From Proteromonas lacertae (lineage: Eukaryota), in contig NGBS01000003.1 in the NCBI GenBank assembly GCA_002245135.1, positions 310,001 to 374,000 of the forward strand: 64,000 nucleotides of DNA. Reading direction: 5' to 3'. Under the pieces are notes generated by a model that did not search any database, was not told where the DNA came from, and worked only from the letters and a program-made list of their open reading frames with translations. Of this stretch, positions 24,101 to 38,195 are shown piece by piece. The stretch's first letter is position 1. Each line of letters opens with the position of its first letter. The position numbers and the translations under genes were made by a program.

Positions 24101-27100
24101 TTGTAATGGATTGGTTTTAATGTTTTTATACTCATAATAAAGAGTATCATTTTCATACATAATCTAAAGATAAAAAAAAATAAAAAAATATATTTTATAT
24201 ATATATACTTCAATATTATATTTATAATCAAAACTTTCAGTGATATTCCAACTAATCAAATATCCATCTTTATTATTAACAACATAATCAATTTGAACAT
24301 TAAATGGAATATCCAATGAACACATTACTGTACTAGCCGGTTCAGAATTACCGAATACATTAACGGCTATAATTTTAATATCATAACAGAGTGGTTGAAT
24401 CATATTGTAATTGGTGATTATTATCGATTTACTATCCTTTATTGTATATTCATTAGAATTATTAAAAGTGATTTTATAATATAATATCGGATTATGTATA
24501 TCATTGTCAATAATATTATTGATCCATTCGATATAAATATCATAAGATGATAATGTATAGTTATCAGTAATCACTATAGGAAATGGTTTTGATATAAATA
24601 TAGAATTAGAAGATGATGAATAATTACTTACTCCAATTTGATTCATTGCTTGAATAGTAAATGATATATAAGCATTATCATCAATATTATGTATTATATT
24701 ATATATATATGAATTAGAAGTGGTTAGTTCAATAGTTCTTACAGTATATACATCATCTCTCACATTACTATCATTGTTCCTTACATATATATAATATCTG
24801 TCTATTTCATTATCAGTTAGTGGTGTAAATGTTATATTTATATGATCTCTATCAATAGCATTGATCACTGGAGGTGGTAGATCATTTGGATCTAAATAAT
24901 TATATAATAATAATAATGATAACTATACACTTCATATTCCTAACGATTGTATTGGATGATAATAACATACTATATCCATCATTATTCTTCGCTTTTATAC
25001 CAAACGTACAGTTATTCATATTAATATGAGTAATATCAATAACAGCAGGTGAATTTACAACAGTAGTCATATAATTATATATATTATTATTATCCAATAT
25101 ATAAACATCATAATTTATAACTTCTTTACCATTATTAAATGGATTTGTCCATGTTAAAGTAACTTTAGAATAATCATTACTATTTAATGAAGCTATAAAG
25201 TCTAATGGTACTTCTGGACTCATTGATAATGCATTGAAGTTAAAAATTGTACCTTCATCACTCCATCCTATTCTATTCTCAGCATATATCGTAATATCAT
25301 AGTTTTTACCTGGAAATAAGCAGTTTATAGTAAACTGAACATTGGGAGAACCATTGGAGATAGTAAATACACCATCTTGATAAGGATGAGTGTCTATTTT
25401 GATAGTTTGATTGTTTAATGTATTACGAATAAATACATGATATCTATATTTTAATAATAATAATAATAAAGAAATATACTTTGTTATTGATGCTCCATTG
25501 TCATCAGGTATTCTAAATTCTCCACTTATTGTTTTATTTGTTATTGATTTTGTATTTATATACACTACTGGATCTGGTCTTGTAGGATTAGTAGTGAAAA
25601 TATATTCATTAGAATCACCAGTATTATATCCAGAATCACATTTACCTTTTACAATAAACTTATACTTTATATCACCTTTCAAATTACCAGGACAATATAA
25701 ATATGAAGTATTTGGGCTATTAGTCGATATATCTATCTTATCAGTGAGTAATTCATTTCTAATTGTGATTATATAATCAATTATAGTATTATATTCAATT
25801 TTACTATCTTCATTTAGTAATTCCCATGTTATGTTCATACAATTGCTATCAATTTGTTCAACTAATGTGATATTTGGAGGCGGAGGAGGTCCAGCTGCAG
25901 TTTTACAAGTGGTTATATAGTACTTATTATCAATATAATCATCTTTATTAGTGTAACCAACAATATTTCCACTTTCTATAATAAATGAATAGTTTCTACC
26001 AGGTTGTAAGTTATCTATTGTTACTATGAATTGACTATCTTTCATTGAATCAATATTCTTAACATTCATATTATTATTATTATTATTATTCGTTTCATAA
26101 TAATATACTTTATATCTATCAGCATATGGTTCATAATAATGTCTTTGTGGTTTATTAATTAAGATATCAATTGACTTCATTGTTCTAGAACTACAAATAC
26201 TATTGGTTGGATTTGGTGGAAATATTCTAATAGCTTCAGTTAATCTACTTACACTACTATTCAAATATCCATTACTAACAATAACAGAAAATTCATAAGT
26301 TACATTATATTCACCAATATGTTTGGTATATAATTCTGTTGTTTTTATGATTACGTTATTATCACTTGATGTTGTAGGTATTGTTGAGATATTCACATAA
26401 TAATAATCAATATCTAATCCTCCTGTATAACTGTTAGGAATCCATTGAATTAAGAATGTTTCATTGTTGATTAAAGTAGAATTAATCAAGTCAACTGGAT
26501 TTGGTCTGTCTGGTAAGGTTCTATTAGTGAATTTAGCTACTGGACCAGGACCTATTTCATTTACTGCTTGTATATAAATATCATAATCTGTATAAGGTTC
26601 TAAATTATTAAATTCTTTTCTGTTAAATGTGTAAACTTCAATCCAATCATTTGTACAGGTTACATCGACTTTACAGATCTTTATATTGTGATGAGTGATA
26701 GGTGAACCATTATCGTATGGTGTTTCCCACTCACAAGCGACTAAATTATGAGTAATTTCAGTAAAATTTAATATAGTTACTATTTCTGGTATACTTGCTA
26801 ATGTTTTGACGGTAAAATTGACGCATTTACTGAGTATTACATTACCATCATCATCATGTGCCATTGAATATATCCAATGAGGATACACTGTTACTGGCTT
26901 AGCTGTGTTGTTAATATATGTGTATAATACATTCTCTCCTGGAATAAAGGTTACATTTTCTATATTTGTACCATTTTCACAAGTATCTCCTTGAATGATT
27001 ATATATTGTTCTATTGGATTGGTTCCATTGGTTGGATTTTTCCATCGTAATACGAAAGTTGAATCTGACTTTTCACTTTCGAGCTTTAAAGGTGGTGATA

Positions 27101-27569
27101 ATACTAATTATTTAGAATATTACAATTATAATATAATATACATGTATAAACAATATGCATTGTTGAAGACTTGTCATAATATGGTATATATTCGTTTATA
27201 CAGAAAATGAAGTACTTTGAACTGCTCTTCAACTGATCATAAACTATTGTAACATTCATATTATCATATATCATCTAAGTAATATAAAAACACCTAAGTA
27301 TAAATACAAATTTCTTCCCATTACTATTTTGTGTAATTAATTCATTATTTGGGGTAGTATTAGTTACAAATGGCGCACATATTACAGTAACTACAAAATA
27401 ATATTATGAATATACAATTTTCTATTCTCGTTGATTCATATGTGACATTAGCGGTGTATTCACTATTTGCTACACATGGATGTGGTATAAACCCTGGGAC
27501 TATAATATTTGTCTGACACTCAGCACAACTGATCAACAGCAATAATACAAAAAAATATTTTGAAATCAT
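21132..27569 (-). CDS. FN3-repeat single-pass receptor with cytoplasmic PH domain (paralogue B)
   Basis: Signal peptide MISKYFFVLLLLISCAECQ from ATG 27569. FN3 repeats. TM LIAFFVIVFFIIMLLLLLFYL. PH: VIKEGDL...GAINLNNV...FQAFSKETALEWIRVL. Confidence 0.85.
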
Positions 27570-28103
27570 GTTGGTCAAATTACATTTTAATTTTTGAATT
27601 TTTGATTGTTTTAATTCGTTTTTTCTTGGAACAGATGCACAAAGATAATTAAACAAACTCATCACATAATAATGCGTAATAATTGATTAATGATAAATAC
27701 AATAGAACCAAGAGACATTGTTTTATTATAAATGATACACCGAGATTATGCAATCTTATCTTAAAAGTAATATACTTTATGTTGAAATATAATATAATTA
27801 GAGTTAGAGCAGAATTATTATGTGACGAAATATGACGTATATATTTAAGAGTTATAATTTTTACAATTTGAATTTGTTTATGACCATATGTAACACTGTT
27901 TAATTATCTACTCAATTAAAATAAAAAAGTGAAATTATTTCTTTCTAATTAAGTTCTCATGCTTTCATATCTCTACAGTGCATGTTATGCAAGATAATAG
28001 GAAGATATAAACCATAAAAAGATGAATGTACAATGTCAGATTGAGGAATTGAATGATCAAACGAATCAAACTATAATTTGAATCTTTATCATTTTTCATT
28101 TCG

Positions 28104-29051
28104 ATGAAGTCTTCAAAATCTAATCTAATAGTACTGCTTGAGTTCCTTAAATATTTATAGACTAAGTCATCTGGAAATAAAAGAACCATAAGCAAATCTT
28201 CAAATAATGATTTCGATCGTGTCTTGACTGACATAAGAGCATCATTTACGCCGACTCCTATGATGTCCAGCAAAAAGAAGTCATCACCGATTACTAAACG
28301 AATAGATACTCCTTCCCCAAAGCTAAATAAAAGAATAACCCGAAAGAACCAATCTCCACCGCAAAATAACGATAGATCATCCTATTCCCGTAGTTCTTAC
28401 CAAAGCAAGGACAGTGATCCTTATGGTCGATCATACTTGTACTCATATTTAGACGAACAACCTAAGAAATTGAGACGTGAACCTCCAAAATATTTAAATC
28501 TACCACATCCTATTCCAAGAAGATTGTCGTATTGAATTGAATTAATTCATTTTTATAGAACTGAAGATGGTTTGTCTTTTGAAAGTGATGAATCTATTAG
28601 CAACAAGGGTAATGATAATCAAGAAAAACCAAAAACAATTAATAAAGTGTTTGTTAGGAAATTCCTTGAAAGAATGAACAATATAATAGTACATACATTG
28701 ATTTTTAACGCTTAATAGGACGACGACAATAAGTCCAGTATATCAATGAGAGATTTATTAGAGTCTAAACTCGGAGAAGCTGGAAGTGTTGAAGAATTAG
28801 GTGACTTTTTAACTACTATGGTAGATTGCTTTCAATATCAAGCTGGAAATGAACCAATAGAAGATTACGATAGTTCTACAATAGAGAATTTAACTACCTC
28901 TGAATCTTGTCCATCTCCTGTATATTTTATTAATTTTTATATAATTATTATTGTTTAGCAACGTCCAAGTACTCCTTCATATAGCATGTGGTCATCTAGT
29001 ATAACTGATATTAAAAACGAATCATTGTCTTCTTCTGATGAATATGTATAG
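28104..29051 (+). CDS. Hypothetical Ser/Pro/Lys-rich protein, multi-exon
   Basis: ATG 28104 and intron 28131-28160. Further short GT-AG introns join ORFs 28224-28535 and 28746-28958. TAG at 29049-29051. Confidence 0.6.
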
Positions 29052-29254
29052 ATACATTTAATATATATATACAAACAACAACATATTCAGGAAGGTATTT
29101 TAAAATAATATAGTTCTTATCTAATTTAATTTTGATATATTAATATAAAAGAATGTGTTTTTTTATTAATACATTTATTTCATATGAATTTAAACAAAAC
29201 AAAAAAAATAACAAAAAAATAATAAATGTTTTATAGTATTTTCAAATTTTCAAC

Positions 29255-30696
29255 TTAATGTAGAGGTTCTGCTCTATCTTGTAGTGCATCTATTAATTTA
29301 TCAGTTTCTTTCAATATTTCTGAAGCTTGTTCAAGTATTCTCTAAAGAAATATATAATGACAAACAAATACATCACTTTTTTCTTCTTCATAAATCATTA
29401 AATATCCTTTACCTTGATCCAATATACCGTTAATCTTTTTATCCAATATCATTTGAGATATCTTCCTTTCAACATAATTTAAAGGTAAATTGATTAATTC
29501 AGCGATATGTGAGATTTCAACACATGAAAATGGTTCTACAATTCTTATAAAGTTTTGTTCTAACAATTGTTCCTTGAATAACCCTAAATGTTCAGCAATT
29601 AAGGGATCTCCCTGTAGTTCTTCCTTATAGTACAATTATTATTAAAGAAAATAAATTATGTTTAAAATATATAATAAAAATGATATTTTTTCCATAACAA
29701 TATCAAAATCTTTCAATGATCTGTTTTTATAAGCTTTAGCTGCTTCATTCATTCCATCTAAATCACTTCCTGCATATTTTACTGCATATTTACTCTGGAT
29801 TAATCCAGGAACATCAGCAGCACTTCCACTCATTATCTTACATAACAACATATATTTCAATGCCTTTAATGCATTTTCTTTATCCTTTAGATTATCATAT
29901 CCTTCATAAGCTTCAAAGAAATATGAAAATCCTGTTTTATAATCACCATTTTCAGAGGTTTGAATAATTCCAGCTTGCATATCAATATCACACTGTAATT
30001 TGGGTGATAAGTAGATACTACTTGCTGTAGATCTAGCTGTAGTAAGAGAAGCCTTAGATTTAGGTACATTATGAAGGGCATAATGAATATAACTTTCAGT
30101 TAAGAAGATTTCAACTAAAAGTGGTTTATCATCTAATTTTTTGATTTCATAACATAATGAGTGTATTTCTTTAAGTGCTTCTTGGTATTTACATTTCAAG
30201 TATAAGAGAAAGGCATATTTTAGCTGTAATCTTTGTCGAAGAAATGCTCTTTTGACTTCTATTGACCAATTAAGACAATCTTGAACTAATTTGATTTGCT
30301 CATCTAATTGACCTTCAATGGTTGTAGCATCATCAATTATTGATCGAACTATAAAGATCATATGTAAAAAGAAGAAGTTATACCTAATTTTGCTGATTTT
30401 GCTTTTGGAAGTGATAATAAAAATGGTCTTATTGTTGTTAATAATGTTGAGATGTCTTGAAGATTCTTTTCTTTAGCAAATTGAGCAGAAAGAGTAGTTA
30501 CAGCATTTTCTTTTGCTGTTATTGATATATCTTCACTTTCAATATTTTTTATAACATCAACCGGATTAAGCACTGGTTCTTCTATAAAAAAGTTTAGATT
30601 ATTATAATAGAATAAAACTGCACTAACGAATGCATTAAAGAATAATAGAAAAAACAGAAAAGCAGTAGATAAAAGATCTATACCTTCGATTTCCAT
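29255..30696 (-). CDS. RPN6: 26S proteasome lid subunit Rpn6 (PSMD11)
   Basis: RPFLLSLPKAKSAKL, KRAFLRQRL, KKLDDKPLLVE, DYKTGFSYFFEA, LKYMLLCKIM and PCI domain LLEQNFIRIVEPFS...SQMILDKK..GILDQG. Confidence 0.97.
29630..29686 (-). other. AT-AC (U12-type) intron in RPN6
   Basis: Minus strand reads ATG GAA AAA|ATATCATTTT...TTTTCTTTAATAATAATTGTAC|TAT AAG GAA. Removal restores KNRSLKDFDIVMEKYKEELQGDP. The segment has in-frame stops and no usable GT-AG pair was seen. Confidence 0.88.
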
Positions 30697-30799
30697 TCAA
30701 GAAAAATATAAATGTGTTATTCGGTTTGCTAAATAAGGTTTTCTATTCAAACAAATATCAAACCAATTTTCATTTTTGTTAATTTTTTCTCGTTATAGA

Positions 30800-33700
30800 A
30801 TGGAAAATAATACAAAAACACAAGAAAATATAGTTTTACAGCAATTAAGTCAAATTTGTATTTTTATATTAGAGAATATTAAATCAAATCCTTCAAAACT
30901 AAGTAGTTCTCTAAAATCATTGAATAATTTTATACAGTCATCCAACAAAAGTCAAATGTATGTTATTACTGAGTATGTGATGCCTCCTATGAGTATAATT
31001 CTGTCAAATCAGTCAGATCAAAATATTAATATAAACTTAAATAATAAAGAATTGTGTATTCATTGTATAACATCAATTTGCAAAATAAATTCAAATTATA
31101 TATGGTCTACACAATCGTTGTTGTTTCGTTATCATGAATGGTGTGGCAATGTGTTATCATATCATCCACAGTCTTATGTAAGTTGTGATGAATATTATAT
31201 GTCGATATATGATTTATTAGAAGTATTATATGAGGATCCAATAATAGATTCATCACTATGGGATAATAACTCATTTATATCATTATTATCTTATGTAATA
31301 TTCCATATTAAGGAAAATTCATCCAATATATCGCTTTCAATATCAACTAGGATAAAATCAATTCAAATATTTATAATAATTTTCAGAAATTCATCATTTT
31401 CATTTCTTCAATCAATATTTCCAGGTATTATTTCTTGTATATCAAAAATCATAATAAAAGAGAAATATATATCACATGAGTTAATAAGAATAAGTTTAGA
31501 ATTATTTGATTTAATGAATATTAAGGTATTGAATAATGATCAAGGGAAGGAAATAATTCCAATAGAAAAGAATAAAGCAGAAAAAGATGATGAAGAAGAA
31601 AAAGATAAGAAAGAAAAAGAAGAGGAATCACCTCAAATAAAATGGTATAAAAGCACAATACTATCACTCAGAACTATCCTTCCAGATGTATTGAATAATG
31701 TGATATCATTATCAATTCATCATACTGTCAAATTAGAAGTGATTAATGTCATATATAATATATTGACAGAATGTTCAAATACATATTATTCATGTTTCAA
31801 ATTGCTGTTTAAATATTATATTATATTATTAAATGATGAAAATGAAGAAGTTAAAATGACAGCAAATGAAAAGATAAAGAAATATTTGGATGATATACAT
31901 AATGAAAAACATGAAATTATACAAATAAAATCTCTAACCACATCTAATAATACTATTAGTTTTATACATATTATAAGAATAATAGAGGATCTATTACAAG
32001 TAGAAATATTATCTCTTCCTAGAATAGCTTGTACAACAATCAATGATGAATTATTATTACATTTTAATGTGGTAAATGGATGTATGATTATATTGTCATA
32101 TATTAAACAAAATGAAATTACTATTAGTGTTGATAATCTGTTGATTGCTATTATTCAATGTTATGAAATGAATATCAGTGAAATGATTAAGAATAATACT
32201 GTTGTGGAATATAATACTGTTATATCTTCATTATATACAAATGATAATGAAAATGAGAATGAAAATGAGAATGAAAATGACAACACAGAAATTTCTTTTG
32301 ATTTTACTTTAAAGAAGAAATTTCTCTATTTGACTAATGATAAAACAATATACAAATACAATGAAGTAGTTCAGAATCTTTTATTATGTTATAATTATAA
32401 GTCTATCATTTATACATTAATTAATAATCAATTGTTGTATTCTGTAACTAATAGTTATAGTTTATATCCATCACTCTCTTATATATTGAATCTAATATTA
32501 ATAAAACTATCATACAATGATATAAAAGATATAACGAATGATTTAATTGAGTATTACACAATGAAAAGTTGTGATTATTCCGATATTAGTAATGATGAAG
32601 GAATAGTATCAATGTTAAAAGTTGTAAATTTAGAAGGTTTGTCCATTCTCTCAAATATAATGAAAGAACATTTTGATATTGATTGTATTTACAATACAAT
32701 ATGGTTTGTGCTTGAAAATGTTGGATCTAATATTGATATACTACACAAAATAGCCAATAGAACTTTAGAAATAATAGCACAAACATCATCTAATAATAAA
32801 ATATCATTAACTCAATTTATACAACAGAATATTGATTATATAATAGATGGAATTTGTAAGAGATTACATTATATTGATTATTATCCAAATACACCAATGA
32901 TATTGTCATATATATGGAAATATAAAGAATATTTCAATGTTGTTCAATTTGATGATATAATAACATGTTTATTTGATTCTATTATGGAATCTGATAGTAT
33001 TATTTTGTATTTAAAGTCAATTAAAATACTTACACAGAGTGACAATGATAATAGAAAAACTAATAATAATAATCAAATGATAGTAACTAAAAGAAAGAGA
33101 AATAATAACAATAATGACATGTCTAATAATGATTTGAAAGAATTAGAGAATGAATTATCATCAATCTATACATCAAATGTTTATTCAATATTACAGAATA
33201 AGAATGTTTGTTATAATATCTATCAAAACAGAACAATCACTCCAGATGAGTTTGTAGATTATATATTTGACAAATATAAAAACCCATTAGAACCAAAGAT
33301 AATATCTTTATCAACTTCAATGTATGAAATAAAGAAGAGAAATGAAGAAAAACCTGAAGATTATGTTGAAAATCCAGAATCTGTATTATCTCCATATGAA
33401 TTAACAATAAAGAAAGTATTTCTCAATATATCACCTTTTGTATTGTCAAAAGACAAACAAGTGTTGTATTATAGTTTATCAATTACAGAAAACTGTTTAA
33501 AAACACTGTCAAAGTATAAACAAACTCTAAATCCGTTGATATATTCAATTTGGGATAGTTTAGTTTACATACTTAAACAACAATATCAAAATGATTCTTC
33601 ATTAGCTTTATACAGAGAACAGTTTAATATGATTAATAATATTATCGTTTTATCACCTGATTTTACTTATCAGAAGTTTTATGATGATATTTTACCTTAT

Positions 33701-34053
33701 TATAAACAGTTGTTGAAGAGATATTTAGATAGAGAAATATTGAATGAAAATAAAGGTGTTTCTTATCAACCTTTAGTTGAATCTATATTAAAGTCATTAA
33801 GTAACATCCCTGAAGTAGTTATTATAAATAATGTATATGAAATAGCAGAGTCCAATGGTGTTTTTAACCGATTCAAATATTCCTGATCATATAAGGATAG
33901 CTACTATGAAATGTCTATTGAAAGTTTTGCAATGTAGATTGGTTTAGTGTATATCAAGCAGTTTTATCTTATTACAAAGCAGATTCTTCCTCAACAATTG
34001 CTGTCAAAAACTCAAAATTCAATTTTAAAACTGTTTGTACAACTGCTAATTAA
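30800..34053 (+). CDS. TTI1: TELO2-interacting protein 1-like HEAT-repeat protein
   Basis: About 1030-aa helical ORF with FPGIISCISK, QNIDYIID and LNPLIYSIWDSL motifs. The 3' end is ambiguous because of apparent indels near 33850-33925. Confidence 0.65.
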
Positions 34054-34334
34054 ATAGAATGTTATTATGACATGTTTGTTTTTTATAAGTGATTTTGTGA
34101 AATACAAAGATATTCACATTTAACTATAATTTAAACAATAATGAAAATATCATTATTTAATATCTCCAAGCCAATTAATCACATCTATTCTATATCACTC
34201 AAAAACCCATCAAAAATAATAAGTAGAATTGGTGAGGCTTAGTTAAATAAAGCTTCTATACTTTTTTTGAGCAAATATCTTTTTGATCTTTCTAAAAGTA
34301 TAGAAATACCAGATTTATTTCTAAATATTATAGG

Positions 34335-36359
34335 ATGGCGTTTAATAAGTTCACCAATAAGGTGATGGGAACTGTTGGTGGAGCTATCGACAAGTTACCA
34401 GTTATCCAAGATTCTACTGGTCTTGAATATGATACTCCATACGGTACAATCCTATTCACAAAAAGAGAAGTAGATTACTATAATAAAGTCTTTGATATGC
34501 TAGATTTTGATGAAGATGAAGAAGTATAATTTTATATCTAATTACTAATCCAATTATAGATTGTATATAAAGAGATTACCACATTTTTGAAAAGATCAAA
34601 ATTATCAGACAAAGTTATTGAAGATATGTGGGTGATAGGTGGTTGTGCTGAAAAGAAAAAGAAGAGTTTAGAAAGATTCGAATTCTTCATTGTTTTGAAG
34701 CTGATTGCATTAGCTCAAAGTGAAGATGGTGAATATGATGTTGATGAACTTACATTTGAAAGACCATTACCATATCCAGACTTTGGTTTAGCAGATCAAG
34801 GTCCAGATGAAGTAGAACCACCATCTGACCCTTCCAATACTATGAACATAGTAATAGATGGAACAAAAGAAGTAGGTAGTATGTTAAATAAGCATACAGT
34901 GTATGTAATCAAAACAAAGACAAGTTATCCACACTTCCCTATCCAAAGTAAAAAAGTACAACGTCGTTACAATGATTTTGTTTGGTTACATTACCGTTTA
35001 ACCGAAAGATTCCCCCAAATGTTGATACCCCCACTTCCAGAGAAGCAATTCAGTGGAAGATTCTCCTCTGATTTCATAGAAACTAGAAGATTAGCTTTAC
35101 AAACCTTCTTCAATAGTATTATGAATGAAAAACAATTAAGTGAGGCAATTGATTTGATGTTATTTTTACAAGCTTCAGAGAAAGGTATTTCTGCTGCTCA
35201 AGATATAATGGGTCATTTGGATAAAATGTCAATGATGGAAGCTTTAAAGACAGTTGGTAACATGGTAGTTGGTAGAAAAGAAGAATTAACAGATGAAGAT
35301 CGTGAGTTTGAAGAAGTTGATGTAGAATTAGATAGATTTAGAGCGACAATTCAAAATGTACATGAAAGTGCAACTGATTTAATCAATAAACAAAAAGATA
35401 TTGCTACTCAAATGGATATTGTAGCTAGTGGTTTCAATACTTTGAGTGAAATAGCTGATAGTGAAACTGCTTCTGATGAGATTGATTATTGGAATAAATG
35501 CAGTACTAATTTTGGAGAAGTATCTATCAGTCAATGTGGACATTCTGAAGATATGAGATTGAACTTCGTTACTCCAATTGGATTTACTAAGAATAAAGTC
35601 AATTCAGTTACTCAATTAATACGTAATCGTCAAAGAGCCAGACAGAGAGTTCGATTAGCTGAAGATGCTGTTAGAAGTAAATCCAAAGCATTAAGTGATG
35701 CAAGATCTAAAGGAAGTAAAGATAAAGTCAGTCAAGCACAAGAAGCTGTTGATGATGCTAGAGATGAAAGATCTGAAAGAAGAAGAAAAGCTAGAGAAGT
35801 GTTGGTCGGTTTAAAAGATGGATATGTGAAATTTGAAACAGATAAAGTAACTGATTTAATGTCAGCAATGAAAAGTTATGCTAAAGGACAATCTGAATAT
35901 TATAAGAAGAATGTAGAACAATGGGATTCTATATTATCTAACTTAGGATATAATAGTAGTGATATTGAAAAAGCAAAAGTAGTAATTGAAAATACAAAAG
36001 GTGCAGATTTAGCAATAGAATCTGGAGATGAAGATGATTCAGATTATGGTTCAAAGAAGAAGAGTAAGAAAGAAAAGAAATCAAAGAAATCACATAAGCA
36101 TCACAAGTCTAAGAAGGCCAGTTCCTCTGAAGAAGAAAGTGAAAGTGAACCAGAAAGTGAAGATTCATCATCTGAAGAAGAAAAGAAGAAGAAGAAGAAG
36201 TCAAAGAAGGATAAGAAGAGTAAGAAAGATAAGAAGGAGAGTAAGAAGGATATTCCTGATGCTCCAGAAGATAAAGAAAATACTGAACAACCACCAGAAC
36301 CAGCTGCAGCTGAAGAAGGAGGAGATGATAAAAAAGATGATGAATTTGCTACTGTGTAA
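34335..36359 (+). CDS. Sorting nexin with EH-like, PX and BAR domains (SNX8/Mvp1-like)
   Basis: PX motif VQRRYNDFVWLH..L...FP..LIPPLPEK..FIETRR..L..F. N-terminal EH-like KRSKLSDKVIEDMW...FEFFIVLKLIALAQ. Helical BAR region, K/E/S-rich tail, one intron. Confidence 0.85.
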
Positions 36360-36518
36360 TATATAAATAACAAAAACAAACAATACTTATATATCATAAT
36401 ATTATTAAAATATATATAAAAAGAAAGTTAGCTATTGTTTGCTGGGAATGTAGAAAAATGAGAAAAATAAAACATTCAAACTCAAACAAGAATCAAACTT
36501 TTATTTTTTTAATAAGAA

Positions 36519-37366
36519 ATGAAAAAACCCTTATTCATTTGGGATTTTGACTGGTATAATTGTAATGTCAAATTAAATAGGTCGTTAGTTGATTGTAACT
36601 CTGATATTGCTGTTTTTAAACCTCATCAAGAAATTATTAACGATATTAATGACAGATATATCACAGTTGATTGGAGAATATTGATAGTATATACAGTTAT
36701 ATATATTTAAGAATGAAAATTTGGTAAAATTGGCAGAATTAGGAGAAAAAGAAGAAGATATGCGTAGGAAGATGGAAAGTATTATTTATATTAATAAATA
36801 CATTAGATATGCCGATTTCAGATGAAGTATTGAAATTTTTTGATATAGTGAAAGAAAATCAGTTTGAAAATCGTTTAATGAGTGATGCAAACACATATTT
36901 CATTGATTGCTTTCTTAATAAACACAATATTAGAAGTTGTTTCACCGAGATTCATACTAATACAGCAAAATTTGAAGGTGATGTGTTGAAAATTACTAAT
37001 TATGTTGTATATACATATATATATAAGAAATATGTAATTTAGGAGGGTCATAATTGTCCAAATAAATGCTCCAAGAATATTTGTAAAGGAGAAGTCATTG
37101 ATAAATGGAATGATGTATTGAATGATGATAATATTGATATAATCTACATTGGAGATAGTAGAAATGATGTTTGTCCATGTTTACGTTTAAGAAAGAATGA
37201 TACAGTCCTTGCTAGAGAAAATCAATCTCTTCACAAATACTTTGTATGTTTTATAGAAGATATATTGTAGATTGAAAACAAACCAGTCTTTAATTTAATT
37301 CCATGGAAAAATCATAAAGAGTTGGGATTGTTACTGCAAAAAATAGCAAAGACATTTGTAAAATAA
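36519..37366 (+). CDS. HAD-family phosphatase, PHOSPHO1/2-like
   Basis: Spliced WDFDWSLVDCNSD (DxD), MSDANTYFI, CPNKCSKNICKG and IYIGDSRNDVCP. Confidence 0.88.
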
Positions 37367-37454
37367 GTAAAATAACTACATTAATAAGATTTAGGCTTGA
37401 ATTCCTATCAAGCAAAGTTTTTCATTTTTCTATTTTTTTGTTGTTCAAAGGAGG

Positions 37455-38153
37455 ATGTTGAATAAAATATTTCATCCACCAATTTTAAAAGAAATAGCTT
37501 CATTTCAATCAAAAATAATTACACCACAATCCTATTTTCTAATAAATAAATTCATATCAACACAATCAGAATCAGCAGAGCCAGCTAACAGATATTTAGA
37601 TAAGGCAAAATATAGAAATGTTGTGTCGTTACCACCAGGAACCATTGTACCAGAAACTGGACATATAAAGTTAAAAAACACTTATAAAAGAGCTGGTCAT
37701 CTTCTTCTGCAATTGAATCAAGAAGCAGTAGCAAAATCTACAGCAACAATATGCGAATTTAGATCAGGTGATATAATAGAAATAGTTGTATGACTTTTAA
37801 ATTTGATATTTATTTAGATGAAATCCAGATTAGGTAAACCGGAAGGTGATAAAGTAATGGGAATGGTATTAGCAAGAAGAAATAAAGGAATTAACTCGTC
37901 GTTTATAATTAGAAGTGTATATCACAATTTAATATATATATATATATATATATTATAGGGTTCCGATGAAAATGATACATTCGAAATGACAATGCCTTTA
38001 TATTCACCAGATATCCAAGAAATAAGAATGGTTCAAAGTAGAGCTTTTAAAAATGGTCAAAAGAGAGTGAAACATTCTAAATTACTATTCTTAAGAGATA
38101 AACCAATTGGACAATACTACCATCCTCCCATAACAAAAAGATCTAAGAAATAA
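37455..38153 (+). CDS. MRPL19: Mitochondrial ribosomal protein bL19
   Basis: EFRSGDII...GMVLARRNKGINSSFIIR...PLYSPDIQEI...RVKHSKLLFLRD; presequence-like N-terminus; two introns. Confidence 0.85.
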
Positions 38154-38195
38154 TTAAGTAGTTTCTATTTTATTTTATGTTGTATTGTTATTATA

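Noticed and set aside
28131..28160. TTCCTTAA inside a 30-nt intron as a U12 branch point
   Set aside because: The 5' site GTACTGCT does not fit the U12 consensus.
36028..36397. Overlapping short ORFs on several frames
   Set aside because: By-products of the low-complexity K/E/S tail of the sorting nexin.
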